28,126 bases of DNA. Source: Candidatus Fraserbacteria bacterium (lineage in GTDB: Bacteria > Bipolaricaulota > Bipolaricaulia > RBG-16-55-9 > DRXL01). Below, one piece after another: positions 19,757 through 27,835 of this stretch. The stretch spans positions 1 through 28,126 of the forward strand of contig CAMTVK010000020.1 of the NCBI GenBank assembly GCA_947085185.1, given 5' to 3'. Position numbers and translations under genes: made by a program. Position 1 is the first letter of the stretch. Each line of letters starts with the position of its first letter. The notes under the pieces were generated by a model. The model made no database searches and had not been told where the DNA came from. It saw only the letters and a program-made list of their open reading frames with translations.

Positions 19757-20338
19757 TTAGTCAGGCCGTGCCCGGTCGAAGAGCGTCTTGCTCAGCTCGG
19801 GCCTATAGATGTTCTTCAAATTCGCGATTCGGGTTTCCAAGCGGTTGTCAACAACGACGGTGCCCTTGGCGTTCGACGCGATGAAGCCCCCCATTGTGGC
19901 GATGAAGCCGCCGATCTGGTGCTTTGAGCTTTTTAAGAGTTCGCGCACTAACAGCTCATCTTTGGGGTCTATTTGGAGCACCAAGGGCTCTTGAATTTCG
20001 CGCTCGGCCTCACGCAAGCAATTCTCTAAAAAGCGTTTATAGCCTTCGGGCTGGGCGCGGAGGCTCGCAGCTTCCGTTGAGAGTTGTTCAAAGAGCGAAG
20101 CCGCCGCACGACTCTTGGCCAATAAAACAGATTCCCATGCCTTGGCGCGCGCCCGACTCAGTATTAATCTTTTCTCCTGCTCGATCTTCGCCTGCTGCTC
20201 CTTTTTGAACGATTCCACCCACTCACGAATTTTCTGTTCTTCTTCGAGCAGCAGCTTTTTGGCTTGTTCTTCGGCCTCGGCGATAATTCTCTGCGCTTCT
20301 TGTTCCCCTTGCCTCTTGATACGTTCTAATAGCTCCAT
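19757..20338 (-). CDS. atpE: V/A-type ATP synthase subunit E
   Basis: N-terminal charged coiled coil, GGFIASN..GTVVVDNRLETR and operon position. Confidence 0.92.
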   Translation of the reverse strand: MELLERIKRQGEQEAQRIIAEAEEQAKKLLLEEEQKIREWVESFKKEQQAKIEQEKRLILSRARAKAWESVLLAKSRAAASLFEQLSTEAASLRAQPEGYKRFLENCLREAEREIQEPLVLQIDPKDELLVRELLKSSKHQIGGFIATMGGFIASNAKGTVVVDNRLETRIANLKNIYRPELSKTLFDRARPD

Positions 20339-20360
20339 GTGTCATCACCTGAATTCCCCT

Positions 20361-20388
20361 GTAGGGGCACGGCATGCCGTGCCCCTAC
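20361..20388. repeat. REP-like perfect 28-bp palindrome, intergenic between K and E
   Basis: GTAGGGGCACGGCA|TGCCGTGCCCCTAC. Confidence 0.9.
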
Positions 20389-20404
20389 CCGTGACGATTT
20401 GGAT

Positions 20405-20713
20405 TCAGATCAAGAAGATGGCCACGAAGCCCAAAATCACGAGCGTCTCCGGAATTGCGAGCACGATGATGCCGGGCCCGAAGTTCTTGGGATCTTCAGC
20501 CACAGCCCCCATCACGGCGGGCCCGATGCGCGATTGGGCCCAAGCAGTGCCCAAGGCGCCGCTCAAGAAGGCGAGCGCGGCCGCAATCGCCTTCAGGCCC
20601 ACGGCCAGCGTCATCTGCGCCTCTGCCTCCTTGACTTCCTGCGCCAGCCCGATTAAACAAGCACCGACGACTATCACGTTAAACGCCAACACAGCCCATG
20701 CGAACTTCTTCAT
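20405..20713 (-). CDS. atpK: V/A-type ATP synthase proteolipid subunit K (c), single hairpin plus N-terminal leader
   Basis: GALGTAWAQSRIGPAVMGAVAEDP...AIPETLVILGF with the conserved Glu. Confidence 0.95.
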   Translation of the reverse strand: MKKFAWAVLAFNVIVVGACLIGLAQEVKEAEAQMTLAVGLKAIAAALAFLSGALGTAWAQSRIGPAVMGAVAEDPKNFGPGIIVLAIPETLVILGFVAIFLI

Positions 20714-22584
20714 AACAGCCTCCTTTCACAAAAGGGTTGATAGGGTTTGCCGCCCAGCTCTAAAAACTTCTGAAAGAACTCCACATAATGTAAACGCGCC
20801 GACTGGATGGTTGACGAGAATAAGTGAATGGCAAAGTTGGGGATATGAAGCACGATGGCGATCAGCACGCCCAACCCCAAAGGCCCCACCGCACCCGCCA
20901 GATTATTGATCGTCTCGGCGAGCACCACCCCCGCCAGCCCGAACCCCATCAGCCGGGCGTATGAAAAGATGTTCGTAACAGCCCCGAAGACCTCCAAAAC
21001 GCCGATCAGGCCACCGCCGTAAAGCAGAAGAGGCGCGGCGACTATAAGCAATATGAGCCCCGGGGTTTTGAAACCCTGAGGCAGCCCACCGGCCAGCACC
21101 CCGACCAGAAGCCCCAGCCCCAAAAGCATAATTAATGTGGCCGCCCGCGCCAGCGCGTGCTTCTTATGGTGAGTTCTTAGCGCATTGATCACCCCCAGCA
21201 CGAAACCCAAAAACACATGCACGACCCCGATGGCGAGCGTAAAGAGCAAAAACGGAATAACCGCCTTGCCGCGCGCGAAGTGCGGCCACTTCATAACTAT
21301 CCCAAAGAGCTCCCCGAAGACGACCCCGAAGAGAATAGATGCCACAGCGGCGTGCACGCCCACGGTGAGCGCATTTGAAAGCAGCTCACTTCTTTTGCCG
21401 AACTTGCGCTTGGCCCAAAGCACCACCCCCAAAAGCACCAGCCCGAAACCAATATCTCCCACCATGATGCCGAAGAAGAGCGGGAAAGATAAGCTCATAT
21501 AGGGCACGGGGTCGAGGGTGCCATACTTGGGCAGCCCCAGAATGCTCATAAACGCCTCATAAGGCTTCGAGTAAGGGTTGTTTTTAAAAGCCACGGGAAT
21601 CTCTTCATGCGAGAACTTTTCGGGGTCTGGGCGCACGATGATCTCAGAAAATTTCTCGCGCAAGGCCCGCTCGAAGCGGGCGTATTCGTCTTGGGGCACC
21701 CAGCCCGAGATGAGCAGCGTATAATTCGTATACCCGAAGCGGGCAGCGGCATCCACTTGGGCAAGCCTGTTCTCTAACTCCGAAGCCAGAGAGACGATTT
21801 TATTAGCTCGGCTTTCAGCCAGTTCTTTTAGCTTTGCGTTGATCTCCGTTAAGCGAGCCGGGATCGTGGCGCGCTCACCCTTCATTTGCTCAAGGCCTTC
21901 CATAAAGCTCTTTTGGGCAGAAATGTGGGGTGGCAGCGAGAGCCTTCGCACGCCCTTGGCTTCTAAATATTCTTGCAAGGCCTTGGCGTATTCGGGATCG
22001 CAGGCGACGAGCACCTCGATGCGCCCCCCGGATAAGCGCTTATAGCCCAGAGTGAAGCGCCCCGGCATCTGCGCCCGCAGCGTCGTTTCGATCTCTTTGA
22101 TCACGGGTTCATCTTTGGCCTCCAAGATGGCGGGGATGAGCTCATACTCAAAGGGCGGGGCCCCTTTCAGAAGCTCGTCCGTGGTTTGAATGACCTCCGC
22201 AAAGCGCTCGATGGCCGCCTGGCGCTCCTCGAGCTCCCTACGCTCAACGACCAACGTCCTGACGAGCTTTTCGAGCCCTTCTAATTCATCTTTGAAGGTT
22301 TGAGAGAGCATCTCGATGCTAAGCGAAGAGTAGTCTTGGCGCTCGACTTCTTTAAGAAAGCCGGGATCCACTTCGGCAAAAAGCTCGCAGATGCCCTTGG
22401 CTTTAATGAGTAAATACTCGACGAGCCTGCGCTCCTTAATAAACTCTTTCGTGCTGACAAGAGAGGCGGGTGACGACAGAAGCGGCTCGATGTGCAAGAC
22501 GCCGAGCCGCTGCAGCTCGCGCAGAAGCTCCTCCTGCCGGTCTTGCGTGTATATTATATAAACCCGCTGCATCCTGCGAAGCAT
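20710..22584 (-). CDS. atpI: V/A-type ATP synthase subunit I (a)
   Basis: LQRLGVLHI, ISGWVP, FFGIMVGDIGFG, NIFSYARLMG (essential Arg), ARLHYVEFF. Confidence 0.96.
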   Translation of the reverse strand: MLRRMQRVYIIYTQDRQEELLRELQRLGVLHIEPLLSSPASLVSTKEFIKERRLVEYLLIKAKGICELFAEVDPGFLKEVERQDYSSLSIEMLSQTFKDELEGLEKLVRTLVVERRELEERQAAIERFAEVIQTTDELLKGAPPFEYELIPAILEAKDEPVIKEIETTLRAQMPGRFTLGYKRLSGGRIEVLVACDPEYAKALQEYLEAKGVRRLSLPPHISAQKSFMEGLEQMKGERATIPARLTEINAKLKELAESRANKIVSLASELENRLAQVDAAARFGYTNYTLLISGWVPQDEYARFERALREKFSEIIVRPDPEKFSHEEIPVAFKNNPYSKPYEAFMSILGLPKYGTLDPVPYMSLSFPLFFGIMVGDIGFGLVLLGVVLWAKRKFGKRSELLSNALTVGVHAAVASILFGVVFGELFGIVMKWPHFARGKAVIPFLLFTLAIGVVHVFLGFVLGVINALRTHHKKHALARAATLIMLLGLGLLVGVLAGGLPQGFKTPGLILLIVAAPLLLYGGGLIGVLEVFGAVTNIFSYARLMGFGLAGVVLAETINNLAGAVGPLGLGVLIAIVLHIPNFAIHLFSSTIQSARLHYVEFFQKFLELGGKPYQPFCERRLL

Positions 22585-22608
22585 ATTAGAATGTGCTTAA
22601 AGCACCTT

Positions 22609-22965
22609 TTAAGCGCCGCGTGCTAAAAGCTCTTCTTTGAGTTTTAAGATCAATTCAGCCTGCTTTTGAGTTGCCTTCTGCTCGATGTCTCGAGCCCGTG
22701 CCTGCCCCTGCTCTATAATCTTTTGGGCTTCTGCCTCGGCTTCCGCGAGAATCTGCTGACGTAGCCTCTCGATCTCTAGGCGGGCAAGCTCTTCGGCCTG
22801 CCGTCGCATCTCTTGCGCTTTCCGACGGCCTTCTTCTATAATACTTTGAGCCCTTTCGCGACTGGCTTGGAGCTTTCTCTGAACTTCTTTCTCCTTCTCT
22901 CGAATAGCTATAAGCTCCTTGAATCGCTCTTCCGGGCTCTTAAACTCCACATTCTTCTCAGCCAT
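22609..22965 (-). CDS. V/A-type ATP synthase peripheral stalk subunit G/H
   Basis: 118-aa charged coiled coil; first gene of the operon, upstream of subunit I. Confidence 0.85.
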   Translation of the reverse strand: MAEKNVEFKSPEERFKELIAIREKEKEVQRKLQASRERAQSIIEEGRRKAQEMRRQAEELARLEIERLRQQILAEAEAEAQKIIEQGQARARDIEQKATQKQAELILKLKEELLARGA

Positions 22966-23030
22966 GATTCGACAATCTGAAAGTCACAAGCCAATTGACT
23001 TTGAGACTTTCGACTTGAGACCGTTTTAAT

Positions 23031-23059
23031 AATATAGCAGACGGGCTTGGTTCCTTCAA
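23031..23059 (-). promoter_or_regulatory. Promoter of the ATP synthase operon
   Basis: TTGAAG-17 nt-TATATT with an extended -10 TG. Confidence 0.7.
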
Positions 23060-23118
23060 ACGCTTAGGGTCCCTGCGCCACGAGATCGTTACCGGAAGGT
23101 TTTGGTGCACCCAGGTGG

Positions 23119-23183
23119 AACAGTTTTACAGTTTGACAGTTTTACAGTTGAGAACTGAAAAACTGATCAACTGACAAACTGTT
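23119..23183. repeat. Inverted array of 8-nt tandem repeats: 4x CAGTTnnn followed by 4x AACTGnnn
   Basis: CAGTT at 23121, 23129, 23137, 23145 and AACTG at 23153, 23161, 23169, 23177. Confidence 0.9.
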
Positions 23184-23336
23184 TAGGTCCTGTGGCGCTC
23201 CATCTCGTGCTCCTCATCGTCGGGCTGCACATACCCCTGGCGCTGACCCACGATGATAGTAGGAGAGTTCTTTCCCCGGCAGTTTTGGCCGCGGATGCTC
23301 CCGTTTGTGATAGGCCTGCCTGCTAGCTGTGTGCAT

Positions 23337-23364
23337 TTGACTTTTCCCCCGCGTTTTTTATAAT
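23337..23364 (+). promoter_or_regulatory. Sigma70 promoter for NYN-accD-accA
   Basis: TTGACT-16 nt-TATAAT. Confidence 0.7.
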
Positions 23365-23431
23365 GAATGGTCACGACGTTCTTTGACAAGTGAAAGCTTA
23401 CGAGGGAATCCACACAAGGGAGGAATTCTCT

Positions 23432-24262
23432 ATGAACGGACACCCAGAGACCGCCGTCTTTGTGGACTTAGAAAATATCTATATCGGTTTTCGGCATCAA
23501 TATGGACGCGACTTGACCGCCGATGAACTCGTCGAGAAAGCTCGGTCGTTTGGCGGGGTCAAGTTCATCAATGTCTATGCGGACTTCAGCGAGCTGACCT
23601 ACCCCGAACACTTCAAGCTCGAACTCGATAACGAGGGCGTCCAAGCGATCAACGTCCCCAAGGATCGAGATCGCGAGGGCCGCCCTACGAAAAATAAAAT
23701 AGACATGCGCATGGCCGTGGACGTCCTGCGCACGCTCGCGTTCCGAAAAGAGATCACGCGCTATGTGCTGCTCACCGGAGACAAGATCTTTCTAGATGTC
23801 GTCAATCTCGCCCGCAACGACTTCGGGAAAGAAGTGCTCGTCTGCGGGCTGGAGGGCACGGTCGCTCAAGTGCTCAAGGACGTCGCGATCTATGTGCCCT
23901 TCAGCGCCGATACAGCAGTAGACGAGCGACTCGAGAAATTCATCAAGCTCTTTGATCGTCTGGAGCGTGAGCTTTTGGAGGGGACATATCACTATATCGG
24001 CTGGAAGCTCGTGATTGATAGACTGATGGAGGAGCCGGAGATGGGCTTTAGCGCGTGGACAGAGGCGCGGGATTTCTTTGAGCGCCTCAAGCGTGACGGG
24101 CGGCTCATTCTCAAATACTATCCAGGGGAGAGCCGCGAGATCGAAGGGTATCGTCTCGACAGACGAAACCCCTTGGTGCGCAAGGTGTTGGGGCTTGAAC
24201 CCAAACCCGGAGAACCAACACCGATGCCCGTATCTGATCTGTCTAACGGACGCTCGTCCTAG
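23432..24262 (+). CDS. NYN domain (LabA/DUF88, PIN-like fold) protein with a C-terminal helical domain
   Basis: AVFVDLENI, VYADF, KNKIDMRMAVD, LLTGD.F. Start ATG23432 with SD GGAGG. Confidence 0.88.
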   Translation: MNGHPETAVFVDLENIYIGFRHQYGRDLTADELVEKARSFGGVKFINVYADFSELTYPEHFKLELDNEGVQAINVPKDRDREGRPTKNKIDMRMAVDVLRTLAFRKEITRYVLLTGDKIFLDVVNLARNDFGKEVLVCGLEGTVAQVLKDVAIYVPFSADTAVDERLEKFIKLFDRLERELLEGTYHYIGWKLVIDRLMEEPEMGFSAWTEARDFFERLKRDGRLILKYYPGESREIEGYRLDRRNPLVRKVLGLEPKPGEPTPMPVSDLSNGRSS

Positions 24263-24295
24263 GGCTTACGTGATATACGAGAATGGTGCAAGCCT

Positions 24296-25141
24296 ATGGC
24301 GATCTTCGGCAAAAAATATTTTAAAGTTGAGCTCGATCGCGCCGAGCGCAAGGACGACGAAGCCCTGTGGATGAAGTGCAAGGCGTGCAACGAGCTCGTC
24401 TTCAAGAAGAGAGTTCGGGAGAACAATAATATCTGTCCCAAGTGCGGGGAATACTTCTTTCTCACGGCTCCAGAGCGCATTCAGCTTTTGGCCGACCCAG
24501 GATCGTTCGAAGACATCTCTCGCCCCATCGTGGCTGCTGATCCCCTGGGGTTCGTAGACGAAGATGGCCAATCGTACCCTGAAAAGATCAAGAGAGCTCA
24601 AGAAGAGACAGGGCTAGCCAACGAGATCATTGTCGGGCGGGCGCGGATCGGCGGGTACCCGGTGATCGTCGCCGTGATGGACTTCCGGTTTATTGGGGGG
24701 AGCATGGGCTCGGTGATGGGCGAGCAGATCTGTCACGGCATGCACGTAGCTGCTGAAGAACGTGTCCCGTTTCTGTTGATCTCTGCCACGGGCGGAGCCC
24801 GCATGCACGAGGGAATTCTCTCACTCATGCAGATGGCCAAGACGTCAGCGTGCCGCAAGATGCTCGCCGACGCCAAAGTCCCGTTCATCTCTATTATGAC
24901 CTATCCCACCACAGCAGGGGTGCAAGCGAGCATCGCCAGCTTAGGCGATATCACGCTTGCGGAGAAGGGAGCGCTCATCGGGTTCACAGGACGACGGGTC
25001 ATCCAACAGACACTCAAACAAGACCTGCCCGAAGATTTTCAGACGGATAGGTTCGCATTCGAGCACGGCATAGTAGACAACGTCGTCAAGCGTGAGCAGC
25101 TGCGCGACGAGCTGATCAGGATATTAAAATTCTTCGCATGA
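24296..25141 (+). CDS. accD: Acetyl-CoA carboxylase carboxyltransferase beta subunit
   Basis: Zn finger CKAC...CPKC, DFRFIGGSMG, GGARMHEG, MQMAKTS, PTTAGV. Confidence 0.96.
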   Translation: MAIFGKKYFKVELDRAERKDDEALWMKCKACNELVFKKRVRENNNICPKCGEYFFLTAPERIQLLADPGSFEDISRPIVAADPLGFVDEDGQSYPEKIKRAQEETGLANEIIVGRARIGGYPVIVAVMDFRFIGGSMGSVMGEQICHGMHVAAEERVPFLLISATGGARMHEGILSLMQMAKTSACRKMLADAKVPFISIMTYPTTAGVQASIASLGDITLAEKGALIGFTGRRVIQQTLKQDLPEDFQTDRFAFEHGIVDNVVKREQLRDELIRILKFFA

Positions 25142-26085
25142 GCGCGCCGATCATCGAGGAGTTGCACAAGCAGATCGAACGGCTCAAAGAGCTGAGCCGC
25201 AATGGGCTCGATCTGACAGACGAGATCGCTCGTCTGGAAGCAAAGCTCGCCGCCCTGCAAGCCGTTCAGGCTCCCTCAGTCCCCGAAGCGTTAGACGACT
25301 GGGAGCGGGTGAAGCTCGCGCGCCATCCCCAGCGCCCGTATGCTCTAGATTATATAAAGCTCATTATGGAAGATTTTTACGAGCTGCACGGCGATCGGCT
25401 CTACGGAGACGACGCAGCGATTGTCGCAGGGCTCGCTCGCTTTGAGGGAGAGACCATCGCGGTCATTGGGACGCAGAAAGGACGCGACGCTCCGGAGAAC
25501 GTGCGCAGAAACTTTGGGATGCCGCATCCGGAGGGCTATCGCAAAGCCCTCCGAGTGATGAAGCTCGCGGAGCGCTTCGGGTTCCCCATCTTCACGTTAA
25601 TTGACACACCGGGGGCCTATCCCGGCATCGGCGCCGAAGAGAGAAATATTGGGGGCGCACTCGCTCAGAATATTTATGAGATGTTTCATCTGCGCGTCCC
25701 CATCATCGTGACGATCATCGGGGAAGGGGGCAGCGGAGGCGCGATCGCCCTCGGGGTAGGAGATCGCGTCTTAATGCTCGAGAACGCAATCTATTCCGTG
25801 ATCACCCCTGAGGGCTGTGCGGCTATTCTCTTCCGCGATGCCAAGAAAGCCCCTCAAGCGGCGCGAGCCCTCAAGCTGACAGCACCACACTTGATACGCT
25901 TAGGCGTTATCGACGAGATCGTGCCCGAGCCTCCCGGCGGGGCTCACCTCGATCCCCTCCAAGCCGCTCAAGCCTTGCGCGAAGCGTGGCATCGTCAGCT
26001 CAGCGCGGTGAAGCACATACCCGCAGAACGCCTTGTGGACTTGCGTATGGAGCGATTCCGTGCCCTAGGTGTCTTTGAAGAATAA
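25138..26085 (+). CDS. accA: Acetyl-CoA carboxylase carboxyltransferase alpha subunit
   Basis: ARHPQRP, ELHGDR, NFGMPHPEGYRKALR, IDTPGAYPG, GEGGSGGA, YSVITPEGCA. ATGA overlap with accD. Confidence 0.97.
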   Translation: MSAPIIEELHKQIERLKELSRNGLDLTDEIARLEAKLAALQAVQAPSVPEALDDWERVKLARHPQRPYALDYIKLIMEDFYELHGDRLYGDDAAIVAGLARFEGETIAVIGTQKGRDAPENVRRNFGMPHPEGYRKALRVMKLAERFGFPIFTLIDTPGAYPGIGAEERNIGGALAQNIYEMFHLRVPIIVTIIGEGGSGGAIALGVGDRVLMLENAIYSVITPEGCAAILFRDAKKAPQAARALKLTAPHLIRLGVIDEIVPEPPGGAHLDPLQAAQALREAWHRQLSAVKHIPAERLVDLRMERFRALGVFEE

Positions 26086-26094
26086 TGATATAAT
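26086..26094 (+). promoter_or_regulatory. Extended -10 promoter (TGaTATAAT) for the Crp/Fnr gene
   Basis: TG-n-TATAAT right after the accA stop, upstream of SD AAGGAGG. Confidence 0.6.
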
Positions 26095-26115
26095 CTTGGG
26101 AAGGAGGAGATAGCT

Positions 26116-26847
26116 ATGGCAATCACAGGCGGGCATCCGGCGGACTGTCGCGGCGAGTGTGCGTGGATCTTCTCAGACTTGGACACAAACGGCATGAAAG
26201 AGCTGCGGATGATGGCCCGCCCCGTCTCCTACGACAAGGGCGAGTTGATCTTCCAAGAGGGCGAGCCGGCGTTCGGGTTTTACGTGATCTGTACAGGAAA
26301 AGTGAAATTGGCCAAGCACTCCCCTCTGGGGAAAAAACAGATTCTGAAGCTCTTGGGTCCCGGCGAGATACTCGGCGAAAAGACCATGTTCGATCGGGAA
26401 GTCTACACAGCCTACGCGCAAACGCTCGAACCCACCCGGATGAACTTCTATCAGCGCGAGCCGTTCATATCGTTCTTAGAGAAACATTCCCAGGTCGCGC
26501 TGAAGATCATAGAGAAGCTCTCACGAGAGATCAAAGCCTTTCAAGATCGCCTGATCGAGACGAGCTATGAGGGGAGCGACGAACGCTTAGCACGGCTGCT
26601 GCTGATGATGGCTCAAGTCTACGGGGCTCCAGAGGAGAAGGGGGTCTACGTCGGGGTAGACCTGTCGCGTGCGGAGCTCGCCGAACTTGCAGGGATCTCC
26701 ACAGAGACAGCTATTCGCACGCTCAGCTCGTTCAAAGAGCGCGGCTACGTCGAACTCGACGGACCGAAAATCTATCTGCGCGACCGCGAGAGCCTGAGCA
26801 AGATCGCCGAGCCGTTCGAGATCAGACTCAAAGAGAATCTCATCTAG
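26116..26847 (+). CDS. Crp/Fnr-family transcriptional regulator
   Basis: cNMP-type domain (IFQEGE, GKVKL, GPGEILGE), ERLARLL and HTH LSRAELAELAGISTETAIRTLS. Confidence 0.93.
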   Translation: MAITGGHPADCRGECAWIFSDLDTNGMKELRMMARPVSYDKGELIFQEGEPAFGFYVICTGKVKLAKHSPLGKKQILKLLGPGEILGEKTMFDREVYTAYAQTLEPTRMNFYQREPFISFLEKHSQVALKIIEKLSREIKAFQDRLIETSYEGSDERLARLLLMMAQVYGAPEEKGVYVGVDLSRAELAELAGISTETAIRTLSSFKERGYVELDGPKIYLRDRESLSKIAEPFEIRLKENLI

Positions 26848-27806
26848 CGCAGCTCGAACTTCTGCACTCGATGGTTGTCTGAGTCGGCGATATAGATAAA
26901 ATTCCGATAGACTGCGATCCCCTTGGGAGCTTGAAACTCGCCAGGGGCGCGGCCTTCCTTGCCCCACACAACGAGCAGATTCCCCGACGCGTCAAAGACT
27001 TGGATGCGATCATGCCCTTGATCGGTGACGTAGATGCGATTGGAACTATCTATCCCTAAGTGATACGGCCGGCGCATCTGGTGGTCGGCCGTGCCTGGGC
27101 CGCCGAATTTCCCCAAAAATCTCCAAGAAGCATCGAACTTCTGCACCCGGTCGTTCTTGTTATCGGACACATAGAGATGGCCGTCTGTATCAATGACGAT
27201 TCCCACGGTGATATTGAACTGTCCGTCGCCGGTGCCGGGGCCGCCGAATTTCCCCAAAAACCTCCCAGAAGCATCGAACTTCTGCACCCGATGGTTGAAC
27301 GCATCGGCCACATAGAGATGGCCGTCTTTGTCGAAGGCGATGCCGATGGGAAGATTAAACTGTCCATCCCCGAGCTTGAGAGGGCCAGGTCCGTCGGGGT
27401 CCACGCAGCCCTTGCCCGATTGGAGATCGCATGGCGTGCCCCACTTCCCCAAAAACTTCCCGTTAGCGTCGAATTTCTGAATGCGATGGTTCAACGTATC
27501 GGCGACATAGACGTTATTCTCCCTGTCTACAGCGATGCCGCCGGGGCTTTCAAACTGCCCATTGTTGATCCCTTTGGAGCCCCATTTCATCAGAAGTTTT
27601 CCGTTGGCGTCAAATTTCTGAACCCGATGGTTCTCCGTATCGGCGACGTAGACGTTGCCTTGGGAGTCCACTGCGATACCCTCTGGAGCGTTGAACTGGC
27701 CGTCTCCGCTCCCCTGCTGCCCCCATTGGCCGACAAAGACCGGCGGCTTGATCTGCCCTCCAGCGACCAGCATCCCCACGACCAACAGACCGACGATGAA
27801 CCGCAT
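26844..27806 (-). CDS. Exported NHL-repeat six-bladed beta-propeller protein
   Basis: Six repeats of GQF..P.GIAVD...N.YVAD..NHR.QKFD, a signal peptide and SD AAGGAGG. Confidence 0.93.
   Translation of the reverse strand: MRFIVGLLVVGMLVAGGQIKPPVFVGQWGQQGSGDGQFNAPEGIAVDSQGNVYVADTENHRVQKFDANGKLLMKWGSKGINNGQFESPGGIAVDRENNVYVADTLNHRIQKFDANGKFLGKWGTPCDLQSGKGCVDPDGPGPLKLGDGQFNLPIGIAFDKDGHLYVADAFNHRVQKFDASGRFLGKFGGPGTGDGQFNITVGIVIDTDGHLYVSDNKNDRVQKFDASWRFLGKFGGPGTADHQMRRPYHLGIDSSNRIYVTDQGHDRIQVFDASGNLLVVWGKEGRAPGEFQAPKGIAVYRNFIYIADSDNHRVQKFELR
27091..27328. repeat. Near-identical internal DNA duplication of an NHL blade (141-nt offset)
   Basis: 27091-27187 vs 27232-27328 share long exact runs, e.g. 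gccgccgaatttccccaaaaa, agaagcatcgaacttctgcacccg, cacatagagatggccgtct. Confidence 0.85.
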
Positions 27807-27835
27807 GATGCCTCCTTTGCTCTCGTGATCTCTTA

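Noticed and set aside
23067..23112. Hairpin with ACC-GGAA-GGT tetraloop and TGCGCCA/TGGTGCA stem, resembling SRP (4.5S) RNA
   Set aside because: It lacks the CAGG and AGCA internal-loop motifs that flank the GGAA loop in SRP RNA. An Rfam scan would settle it.
23119..23183. Possible CRISPR array
   Set aside because: The period is only 8 nt, with no spacers and no cas genes.
23183..23443. 86-aa minus-strand ORF ending at the octamer array
   Set aside because: It overlaps the NYN promoter and start, has no clear SD and no recognisable motif. A remnant or short peptide cannot be excluded.
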